From positions 2,624,001 through 2,688,000 of the forward strand of contig OZ253470.1 of NCBI GenBank assembly GCA_965261735.1: a stretch of DNA of 64,000 bases. The letters run 5' to 3'. Numbering within the stretch: position 1 is the stretch's first letter; the number at the start of each line of letters is the position of its first letter. The position numbers and the translations under genes were made by a program. Positions 56,738 through 64,000 of the stretch are shown one piece after another. The notes under the pieces were generated by a model. That model had not been told where the DNA came from, did not search any database, and saw nothing but the letters and a program-made list of their open reading frames with translations. The DNA comes from Alphaproteobacteria bacterium. GTDB lineage: Bacteria > Pseudomonadota > Alphaproteobacteria > SHVV01.

Positions 56738-58411
56738 ATGCCCGACGGCACAAACCAGCAAGCCCCTGACGAGATCGGCGTCACCACCCTCGGTGATTTG
56801 TTGCTGGGTGCCGCGCGGCGATGGCCCGAGCGCGAGTTCATCGTGCTGCCGGACGCGCGCTTTACATATAGCGACATGGCCGAGCGGGTGATACGCAGGG
56901 CCCGTGGCCTAATGGCGCTGGGTACGCGGCCTGGGGACCATGTCGGTATCTTTCTGCCGACCTGCATCGAGTTTACCGAGGCCCTTTTCGCCATCGCGCT
57001 CGCCGGCGCGGTCCCAGTGCTGATCAATGCGCGCTACCGCGGTGCGGAGCTGCGCTACCTGATCGAGAATTCCGATTCGGTGGCCGTGCTGACGACCGGC
57101 CGGGTGGCCGATGGCGTGAATCTACTGGAGCGGCTGAACGAGGAAATCGGCGACGCGGGCTCGACTCAGGACCCGCCCCAACTCGACGTGCCGGGTCTGC
57201 CCATGCTGCGCCGCATCATCACAATGACCGGTGACGCTCCGGGCGCTCTCGGGTCCGACGCGCTCGACCGCTTGGCCGAACAGGTGCCGGTCGAGGCCGT
57301 CCACGAACGACGTTCGCGGGTGCGCGTGCGCGATACCGGGCTCATCCTCTACACCTCCGGCACGACCTCCAACCCCAAGGGCTGCCTGTTCAGCCATGAG
57401 GCCATCGTGCGCAACGGGCAGGAGCTGGGACGGCGCTACGACATGACCGGCGAGGACCGATTCTGGTCGCCGCTCGCGATGTACCACATCGGCGCGATCA
57501 TGCCGATAACGGCCGTCCTCGCGGTCGGCGGCACGTATCTGACCACGCCCTACTTCGATGCGGGCCGCGCGCTGCGTATGCTCGAGGACGAGAAGGTCAC
57601 GATCAACTATGTGTGCTTCTGGACGATGCTGGCCGACCTCATGAACCATCCCGACTTCGCGACGACGGACCTGTCGGCGACGCGGCTCATGAACAGCAAT
57701 TTGGCGCTACAGCCCGAGGCCTTACAGGAGCAGCTCGCACGGGCCATGCCGCATGCCGTTCAGGTCAGCACCTACGGGTTGACCGAGGCAGCCGGCACCG
57801 TCTCCACCAACGGCGGCAATGACTCCTACAAGGCGCGCACGACCCGGCTCGGCTCGCCCCTGCGAGGTGTTGGGGTCCGTATCGTCGACGCCGAAGACCG
57901 CGACGCTCCGGCCGGTGAGCACGGCGAGATTATCGTCAACGGCTACGGGATCATCGACGGCTACTACAAAGACGCCGAGAAAACGGAGGCCGCGCTGCGC
58001 GGCGGGTGGCTGCATACGGGAGACATCGGCTCGCTCGACGAGGCTGGCGACGTGATGTTCCACGGCCGCGTGAAAGACATGCTGAAGGTCGGCGGCGAGA
58101 ACGTCGCCGCCCTCGAGGTCGAGGCGTTCATCGGCGACCACCCGGCGGTCAAGCTGTGCCAGGTTGTGGGCTGTCCGGACTCCCGCCTGGTGGAGGTGCC
58201 GGCGGCGTTCGTCGAACTCAAGCCGGACGCGACGGCGAACGAGGACGACATCATCGCTTTTTGCCGCAACAGGATCGCGAGCTTCAAGGTGCCCCGGCAC
58301 GTCCGTTTCGTCACAGAGTGGCCGATGGGGGCGAGCAAGATCCAGAAGTTCAAGCTCCGCGATGGCTTGATCGCAGAGCTCGGCATCGAGGACACAACGC
58401 GGATCACCTAG
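56738..58411 (+). CDS. Acyl-CoA synthetase / AMP-binding enzyme
   Basis: YTSGTTSNPKG, YGLTE, TGD, GRVKDMLKVGGENV, SKIQK. Confidence 0.93.
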   Translation: MPDGTNQQAPDEIGVTTLGDLLLGAARRWPEREFIVLPDARFTYSDMAERVIRRARGLMALGTRPGDHVGIFLPTCIEFTEALFAIALAGAVPVLINARYRGAELRYLIENSDSVAVLTTGRVADGVNLLERLNEEIGDAGSTQDPPQLDVPGLPMLRRIITMTGDAPGALGSDALDRLAEQVPVEAVHERRSRVRVRDTGLILYTSGTTSNPKGCLFSHEAIVRNGQELGRRYDMTGEDRFWSPLAMYHIGAIMPITAVLAVGGTYLTTPYFDAGRALRMLEDEKVTINYVCFWTMLADLMNHPDFATTDLSATRLMNSNLALQPEALQEQLARAMPHAVQVSTYGLTEAAGTVSTNGGNDSYKARTTRLGSPLRGVGVRIVDAEDRDAPAGEHGEIIVNGYGIIDGYYKDAEKTEAALRGGWLHTGDIGSLDEAGDVMFHGRVKDMLKVGGENVAALEVEAFIGDHPAVKLCQVVGCPDSRLVEVPAAFVELKPDATANEDDIIAFCRNRIASFKVPRHVRFVTEWPMGASKIQKFKLRDGLIAELGIEDTTRIT

Positions 58412-58426
58412 GCGAAGGCGCCGGCT

Positions 58427-58990
58427 TCACGATCTCCCCGAACGGCGCACCGGATCGCTGCCGTCCCAGCCGCGCGCCGCCTCGCGCATCACCGCGAAAG
58501 CGCCCAGCAGGGCGCCGCTGGGCTGGATAATCTCGACCAGCGGCTCCGATTCCTTCATTTGCGCATAGAGGAACGGGCCCCTGGCTTTGGGCATGGTCCC
58601 CTCCTGAACGATAGCCGCGCCGGCGCGCGCGCAGGTCTCGCGCGCCATCTCAAGATCGCCGACGAGGATGCACAGGTGGTGCAGGCCCTCGCGTCCCTCC
58701 TGCTGCCAAGGCAGGTAGATGGAGGGCGCGTCATTGTGTTGGTGCGCGAGCTCGATCTGGATATCGCCCCAGTAGCCGATCGCGACCGCCACATCGATGT
58801 CACAGGGTTGGCCGCGAAAGCTCAGGCTCTCGAATTTGACGTGGTCGATGACGAAGAAGGGGCCGGCCCCCACGACCTCGGTCCAGAAGCGAAGGGCACC
58901 CTCGAAATCGCGCGGCAGGAAGGAGAGCTGCATCACCTCGCCGAGGCCGGCTATGGACTGCGGCAGCGCGTGCGTACGCAGGATCGTCAT
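58427..58990 (-). CDS. VOC/glyoxalase-family protein
   Basis: VMQLSF, GAGPF, QIEL, GLHHL, VEI. Confidence 0.85.
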   Translation of the reverse strand: MTILRTHALPQSIAGLGEVMQLSFLPRDFEGALRFWTEVVGAGPFFVIDHVKFESLSFRGQPCDIDVAVAIGYWGDIQIELAHQHNDAPSIYLPWQQEGREGLHHLCILVGDLEMARETCARAGAAIVQEGTMPKARGPFLYAQMKESEPLVEIIQPSGALLGAFAVMREAARGWDGSDPVRRSGRS

Positions 58991-59039
58991 GTTGCGGCCG
59001 CTTCCGGATCCACAAGGCCGGCCACGCCTGTGCTGCCCC

Positions 59040-60299
59040 TCATCGGGCGGCGCTGCGCGACCCGATCGCCTCCCGGTCGACACCACCCCAGTCCTCGACG
59101 TACGCCTCGAGCACGGGCTCGACCCTGAGGCCCTCCTCGATCCGGTCGGCGCCGATCCGGCGGTCGAGCTCCTGGTGCCAGTGATAGAGCCGCCGCTCCT
59201 GGTAGTTGAGCGGCATGCCGCCGAAACCCGAGGACTCGACTGACCTCTGGATTGCCTCGGCGAACTGCAGGTCCTCCTCGAGAATTCGGTCGAAATTTTC
59301 GAGGCGGGTGTCCCAAACAGCGGGCCGCGGCCCGTCGCCCCAACTCAATCCGAACCAATGGACCTCGATGACCATGGTCGTGAGGTCGACCGGCCAAAAG
59401 CAGATGAAGGGCATGCCTGCCGGTGCCACCGGGGTTACCAGGTTGGGGTACAGGTTGAGGGAAATGTTCGCGTTGGCGACGATGGGATCGAGGTCCGCGA
59501 CCTCGGGCAGGCCGACGGTACCGGGATCAACCCAGTTTTCGCGCCGGTTCGGCGTGACCATGCGCGAGTGCCCGCCGCGCCACAGCGTGATGAACGCGGC
59601 GCGATGATCGAGGAAGCGCTCGACCGAATTCATGTGGATCGACTTGAGGTGGTAGACCTCGAGGAACGCGTCCAGAAGGACCTTGATGTTGCACTTGAGC
59701 GTAAACGCCTTCTTGTCGACCAGCCGCAGCTCTTCGGGGTGGAAGTCCTGGAGGTGGTCCCAGATCGGTCGAATGCTGTCGGCCAAGGGCTCGGCGTCGG
59801 GATTGAGGTTGACGAAGTGCCATTGGCCAAACGATTCGCATCGCACCTCGATGAGCGATCGGCACGACATGTCGAGGCCGACGAAATCGCGCTGATCGCG
59901 AAGCGCCACCAGGTGCCCCGCCAAGTCATAGGTCCATCCGTGGTATTTGCAGGCGAGCTTGGGCGCCCCGCCGCGCTCCTCGGTGACGACCGGCGCGCCG
60001 CGGTGGCGGCAGGTGTTGTAGAAGCAGCGCACGCGATCGTCCTCGCCGCGTACGAAGAACAACGGCTCGCCCACCCGCTCCCAGCGAACGTAATCGCCGC
60101 TCTTGGGAACCTCGTCGCCATGGATGGCGTAGAGCCACGCATCGCGCCACAGATGCTGCCTCTCGAGGTCGAAGAAGCCGGGTTCGACATAGCGCCCGCC
60201 CGGTATATCCGGCAGACGCGGGAAGCCTTCGGGCGGCTCGGTCCGGCCCGCCTCGAAGCTCATGCCGGCCGTTATGCGGCCGACTTCCATCGCGTCCAT
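59040..60299 (-). CDS. Rieske non-heme iron oxygenase alpha subunit
   Basis: CRH...CKYHGW Rieske motif; EVYHLKSIH and ED iron ligands. Confidence 0.93.
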   Translation of the reverse strand: MDAMEVGRITAGMSFEAGRTEPPEGFPRLPDIPGGRYVEPGFFDLERQHLWRDAWLYAIHGDEVPKSGDYVRWERVGEPLFFVRGEDDRVRCFYNTCRHRGAPVVTEERGGAPKLACKYHGWTYDLAGHLVALRDQRDFVGLDMSCRSLIEVRCESFGQWHFVNLNPDAEPLADSIRPIWDHLQDFHPEELRLVDKKAFTLKCNIKVLLDAFLEVYHLKSIHMNSVERFLDHRAAFITLWRGGHSRMVTPNRRENWVDPGTVGLPEVADLDPIVANANISLNLYPNLVTPVAPAGMPFICFWPVDLTTMVIEVHWFGLSWGDGPRPAVWDTRLENFDRILEEDLQFAEAIQRSVESSGFGGMPLNYQERRLYHWHQELDRRIGADRIEEGLRVEPVLEAYVEDWGGVDREAIGSRSAAR

Positions 60300-60513
60300 A
60301 CAACCTCTCCGACGACATGAGCCGACCCCTGGCTCGCTGCCGGCAGAGTGCCAGAAATACCGGGTATGCGCAAAGTAGGCCCTGGATATACAAAACTTGC
60401 GCGGCCTCGACCCCGTGGCCCACTATGGAAGCTCGCAACACCGCCTCGCGCGGCCGCCTCCGCAGACCTCGGTGGAGCGGCCGCGTCGCGCTCGAACAGC
60501 GGAGACTCGCCGA

Positions 60514-61275
60514 ATGGATCTTGGTTTGAAGGGACGCAAGGCGGTGATTACGGGCGCCACCCGCGGGATCGGTAGGCGGATCGCCGAGCTGCTCGCGCAG
60601 GAAGGCTGCGACATCGCCTTCTGTGCGCGCAAGGCCGAGGAGATTTCCGAGACGACCGATGCGCTCAAGGCGCACGGGCGCGCGGTGTTCGGGGCGTCGA
60701 CCAACGTCAAGGACGGGGAGGCCTACAAAGCCTGGCTGGCCGAGGCGGCCGAGAGCCTAGGCGGGGTCGACATCTTCATCCCCAACGTCAGCGCCGGCGG
60801 CGGCGTCGAGGGTGAGAAGAGCTGGTACCGCAACTTCGAGATCGACCTGATGGGCGCCGTGCGCGGGTGCGACGAGCTGATGCCCGTCCTGCGCAACTCG
60901 GACGCCGGCGCAATCGTGTTCATCGGCACGACGGCGGCGGTCGAGACCTTCATCGCGCCCATGGCCTACAACGCGATGAAGGCGGCCCTGATCACCTACG
61001 CCAAGCAGCTGTCGCAGACCGTGTTCAGGCGGAACATCCGCGTCAACGTGGTCTCACCAGGCCCGATCTATTTCGACGGCGGCTCGTGGGATGCGATCAG
61101 GACCGCCAATGCCGACCTATATACGCACACGCTCGCGCAGCAGCCCAACGGCCGGATGGGGACGCCGGAGGAGGTCGCGCGGTGCGTCGCCTTCCTCGCG
61201 AGCCCGGCGGCGAGCTGGATCACCGGCATCAATCTTATCGTCGACGGCGGCCTCACCAAGCGCGTGCAGTTCTAA
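60514..61275 (+). CDS. SDR
   Basis: TGATRGIG, YNAMK, VSPGPIYF. Confidence 0.9.
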   Translation: MDLGLKGRKAVITGATRGIGRRIAELLAQEGCDIAFCARKAEEISETTDALKAHGRAVFGASTNVKDGEAYKAWLAEAAESLGGVDIFIPNVSAGGGVEGEKSWYRNFEIDLMGAVRGCDELMPVLRNSDAGAIVFIGTTAAVETFIAPMAYNAMKAALITYAKQLSQTVFRRNIRVNVVSPGPIYFDGGSWDAIRTANADLYTHTLAQQPNGRMGTPEEVARCVAFLASPAASWITGINLIVDGGLTKRVQF

Positions 61276-61314
61276 CGGGCGCGTCTTGCCGGCATGGACG
61301 TGTAGGGCTCGACG

Positions 61315-62010
61315 ATGAAGCCGGCGGCGCCGACCCACTCCGAGATCGTGCGGCTCGCCATCGAGCAGGACATTTTCACCGGGCGGCTGCCGCCGGGCGC
61401 GCCGCTCGACGAAGTGGCGATCGCCGAGCGTTTCGCCATTTCGCGCACGCCCGTGCGCGAGGCCATGCTGCAGCTCGTTCAATCCGGATTGGTCAAGAAG
61501 AAGCCGCGCCAGGGTGCGAGCGTCGCACGGATCGACATCCGCCGCATGATTCAGATGTTCGAGGTGATGTCGGAGCTCGAGGGTGTGTGCAGCAAGCTCG
61601 CGGCGCGCCGAATGTCGAAGCCCGAGCGGACCGAGCTTGCGAAGCTGCACAGCCAAGGCGCGCGCGCGCTGCGCAAGCAGGACGCCGACAGCTATTACAT
61701 GCTGAGCCGCAGCTTCCATCTCGCGATCATTGCCGGGACACACAACGAGGTCCTTATCGACATGACCAACAAGCTCGGCATTCAGTTGGTCCCTTACCGC
61801 CGCTTCCAACTTCGCTATCCCGGGCGGCCGGAAGACAACCTCGCCGACCATGGCGCGATCCTCGACGCCATCGTCCAGAGCGACTCGGATCGGGCCGGCC
61901 AGCTATTGCGCAAGCACACGACCGTGCAGGGTGACGTGCTCGCCGACTACATCTCGCTAACCGGCAACGGCGAGGAAAACGCGCCCGAGGACGTGGTGGC
62001 GGCGGGTTGA
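61315..62010 (+). CDS. GntR (FCD) family regulator
   Basis: ISRTPVREA HTH; FH..I, DH FCD motifs. Confidence 0.93.
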   Translation: MKPAAPTHSEIVRLAIEQDIFTGRLPPGAPLDEVAIAERFAISRTPVREAMLQLVQSGLVKKKPRQGASVARIDIRRMIQMFEVMSELEGVCSKLAARRMSKPERTELAKLHSQGARALRKQDADSYYMLSRSFHLAIIAGTHNEVLIDMTNKLGIQLVPYRRFQLRYPGRPEDNLADHGAILDAIVQSDSDRAGQLLRKHTTVQGDVLADYISLTGNGEENAPEDVVAAG

Positions 62011-62030
62011 GGCGGTGCGGCTTACGCCCG

Positions 62031-62283
62031 CCCCTCCCCCTACCCCCTCCCACCAGGGGAGGGGGGAAATTATGACGCTGCGAGAAATTGATAAACACGT
62101 CCCCCTCGCCTATGTCGTCCGGACTGCTTTGGGCTCAGCGTGAAAGAGGGCCGTCCCCCGGGGCGGCGGGTGGGGCGCTCCCTCCCAAAACAGCTTTCGT
62201 CCACCGCCTGCCACATAGCTCTCGCGATGCGGTCGCGGACCCCGCACCCTCCCCCTCGATGGGGGAGCGCTGGGTGGGGGTGA
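62031..62283. repeat. Two inverted REP-like GC palindromes between convergent genes
   Basis: CCCCTCCCCCTACCCCCTCCCACCAGGGGAGGGGG (62031-62065) and CCCTCCCCCTCGATGGGGGAG...GGGTGGGGGTG (62247-62282). Confidence 0.65.
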
Positions 62284-62308
62284 CACGCGGACTTTGCGTA
62301 AGCATGAC

Positions 62309-62614
62309 CTATTCCCAGGTGGCGGGCTGGAACGCCGTGACGAACGCGTCGATGTCGGCTTCGCTGACGGCGGGCTCGGCGAGAACCGCGATCAGCGAAC
62401 CCACCGGCAGCGTGTCGCCGACCGAAGCGACGCGGCGGCGCAGCACGCCGGCGACCTCCGCATCGAGCGTGTTGGTGATCTTGTCGGTCTCGATATCGAC
62501 GAGGTCGGTGCCCTTCTCGACCTGCGCGCCCTCCTCCAGATGCCAGGCAACGATCTTACCCTCGGACATTTCGAGACCCCATTTCGGCAGGGTCACCGGC
62601 TGAATGAGCGCCAT
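62309..62614 (-). CDS. Lipoyl-domain-only protein (AcoC N-terminus-like)
   Basis: LPKWGLEMSEG, ETDKIT; stops after 101 aa. Confidence 0.85.
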   Translation of the reverse strand: MALIQPVTLPKWGLEMSEGKIVAWHLEEGAQVEKGTDLVDIETDKITNTLDAEVAGVLRRRVASVGDTLPVGSLIAVLAEPAVSEADIDAFVTAFQPATWE

Positions 62615-62622
62615 AGCCGCGG

Positions 62623-63633
62623 CTACCGCTCGAGGACGCCGCGGATGGCCGCCTCGATACGCGGCGGTCCCGGTACGTAAGCGCGCTCCAGCTCGCGCGC
62701 GAACGGGATCGGCGTGTGCGGCGCGGTCACCTGGGCGATGGGTGCCTTGAGGTCGCGGAAGCCCTTTTCGGCCACGATCCCGGCGATGTCGGAGGCGATG
62801 CTGCACCGGGGCGGCGATTCATCGACGATCACCAGGCGGCCCGTCTTGGCGACGCTCGCCAGGATCGCCTCTTCATCGAGCGGCGAGGTCGTGCGTGGGT
62901 CGATCAAGTCGCAGGTGATCCCGTCGGCCGCGACCTGATCGAGCGCACGCTCGGCGAAGCCGACCATGCGGGCGAGCGCCACGACGGTCGCGTCCTTGCC
63001 CTCGCGCACCCGCGCGGCCTTGCCGAGCGGCACTGTGTGCTCGCCGTCCGGCACCTCTCCCTTGCGCGAATACAGAGCCTTGTGCTCGAAAAAGATCACC
63101 GGGTCGTCGTCGCGAATCGCCGTCGTCAACAGGCCCTTGGCATCCGCCGGGTTGGACGGGATCGCCACCTTGAGGCCGGGCACCGACGTCAGCATCGGGT
63201 AGACGGTCTGTGAGTGCTGCGCGCCGGCGTTCATGCCCGCTCCCATCGAGGTCCGGATCACGAGCGGCGTGCGCGCTTTGCCGCCGAACATGTAGCGAAA
63301 CTTGGCCGCCTGGTTGTAGAGCTGGTCGAGGCAGACGCCCACGAAGTCGGCGAACATGATCTCGGCCACCGGCCTCAGCCCGGCGAGGGCCGCGCCGTTG
63401 GCGGCGCCGGCGATGCATGATTCGCTGATCGGCGTGTCGATCACGCGATCCTCGCCGAACTCCGTGATCAGCCCCTTGGTGACCCCGAAGATACCGCCGG
63501 CCGCATCGCGGGTTCCCGATGTGCCGCCGGCGCCGCCCGAGACGTCCTCACCGAGAACGATCACGGTCTCGTCGCGGCGCATCTCGGCGAACAGGGCTTC
63601 GTTGAGCGCCTCCCGCATGGTCTTGGTCGCCAT
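62623..63633 (-). CDS. acoB: Acetoin/2-oxoacid dehydrogenase E1 beta
   Basis: DTPISE, MFADF, NQAAKFRYMFGG, HSQ, FFEHK. Confidence 0.88.
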   Translation of the reverse strand: MATKTMREALNEALFAEMRRDETVIVLGEDVSGGAGGTSGTRDAAGGIFGVTKGLITEFGEDRVIDTPISESCIAGAANGAALAGLRPVAEIMFADFVGVCLDQLYNQAAKFRYMFGGKARTPLVIRTSMGAGMNAGAQHSQTVYPMLTSVPGLKVAIPSNPADAKGLLTTAIRDDDPVIFFEHKALYSRKGEVPDGEHTVPLGKAARVREGKDATVVALARMVGFAERALDQVAADGITCDLIDPRTTSPLDEEAILASVAKTGRLVIVDESPPRCSIASDIAGIVAEKGFRDLKAPIAQVTAPHTPIPFARELERAYVPGPPRIEAAIRGVLER

Positions 63634-63648
63634 TCGCCGCGCTCCCGC

Positions 63649-64000
63649 TCAGTAGCTCAGGTAGACGTCTTCGAGGCCGCTTTCGACGGGAGGCGCGGGC
63701 GCCGCCTTGGCGGCGACCACCGCGTCCTCGATCAGTGCGCCGACCTCCTGATCGATCTCGTCGAGGTCCTTGGCCTCGAGCACCGCGGCCTCGAGCACGG
63801 CGTTGCGGAACTTGAGCAGGCAGTCCTTCTCGGCACGCAATTTCTCGACCTCACCCTTCGCGCGATAGAGCTGCGGGTCGCCCTCGAAGTGGCCGAAATA
63901 TCGTGTCGCCTCGGCATAGACGGCGCTCGGGCCGTCGCCCTTGCGGGCATGTTGAACGGCGTTCTGTGCCGCCTCGTGGACCGAGAAGAAGTCGAAGCCG
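63649..64000 (-). CDS. acoA: Acetoin/2-oxoacid dehydrogenase E1 alpha (3' part)
   Basis: Manual translation ...GPSAVYAEATRYFGHFEGDPQLYR...DVYLSY. Confidence 0.88.
   Translation of the reverse strand, partial: GFDFFSVHEAAQNAVQHARKGDGPSAVYAEATRYFGHFEGDPQLYRAKGEVEKLRAEKDCLLKFRNAVLEAAVLEAKDLDEIDQEVGALIEDAVVAAKAAPAPPVESGLEDVYLSY

Overview
High-GC alphaproteobacterial (Rhodospirillales-like) chromosome segment in three parts. (1) 1-17564 is core genome: hrcA, rph, rdgB, hemW, an MFS transporter, an LpoA-like lipoprotein, rsmI, yraN, a BON protein, a SirB1-like protein, gshB, pyrE, a broken Fic toxin-antitoxin insert, carA, yqeY, dnaG, rpoD and a tRNA with CAT anticodon (probably Ile2). (2) 17565-~46650 is a decayed, IS-riddled island. 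It starts with a tail-less, capsid-encoding phage-satellite-like element integrated at that tRNA (HNH, capsid, small ORF, prohead protease, head-tail connector, portal, large terminase, origin-like repeats, xis, int); its HNH, capsid, portal and terminase genes are each broken. Next come remnants of DUF262, DUF1524, Mrr-N-like and Twinkle-like helicase genes, an orphan mreB near a divergent ParB-domain gene, about 11 IS copies or fragments (IS21, IS1595, IS630, IS5, IS1182), and a second, truncated integrase beside a tRNA-Glu 3' fragment that has arm-like repeats on both sides (attP-like). (3) 46673-64000 is an apparently intact catabolic cluster of unknown substrate: ABC uptake system, amidohydrolase, four SDRs, two SnoaL proteins, a CYP105-like P450 with ferredoxin, CoA ligase, VOC protein, Rieske oxygenase, GntR, and acoAB with a lipoyl-only protein. 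All family calls come from motif recognition by eye; no database search was run.
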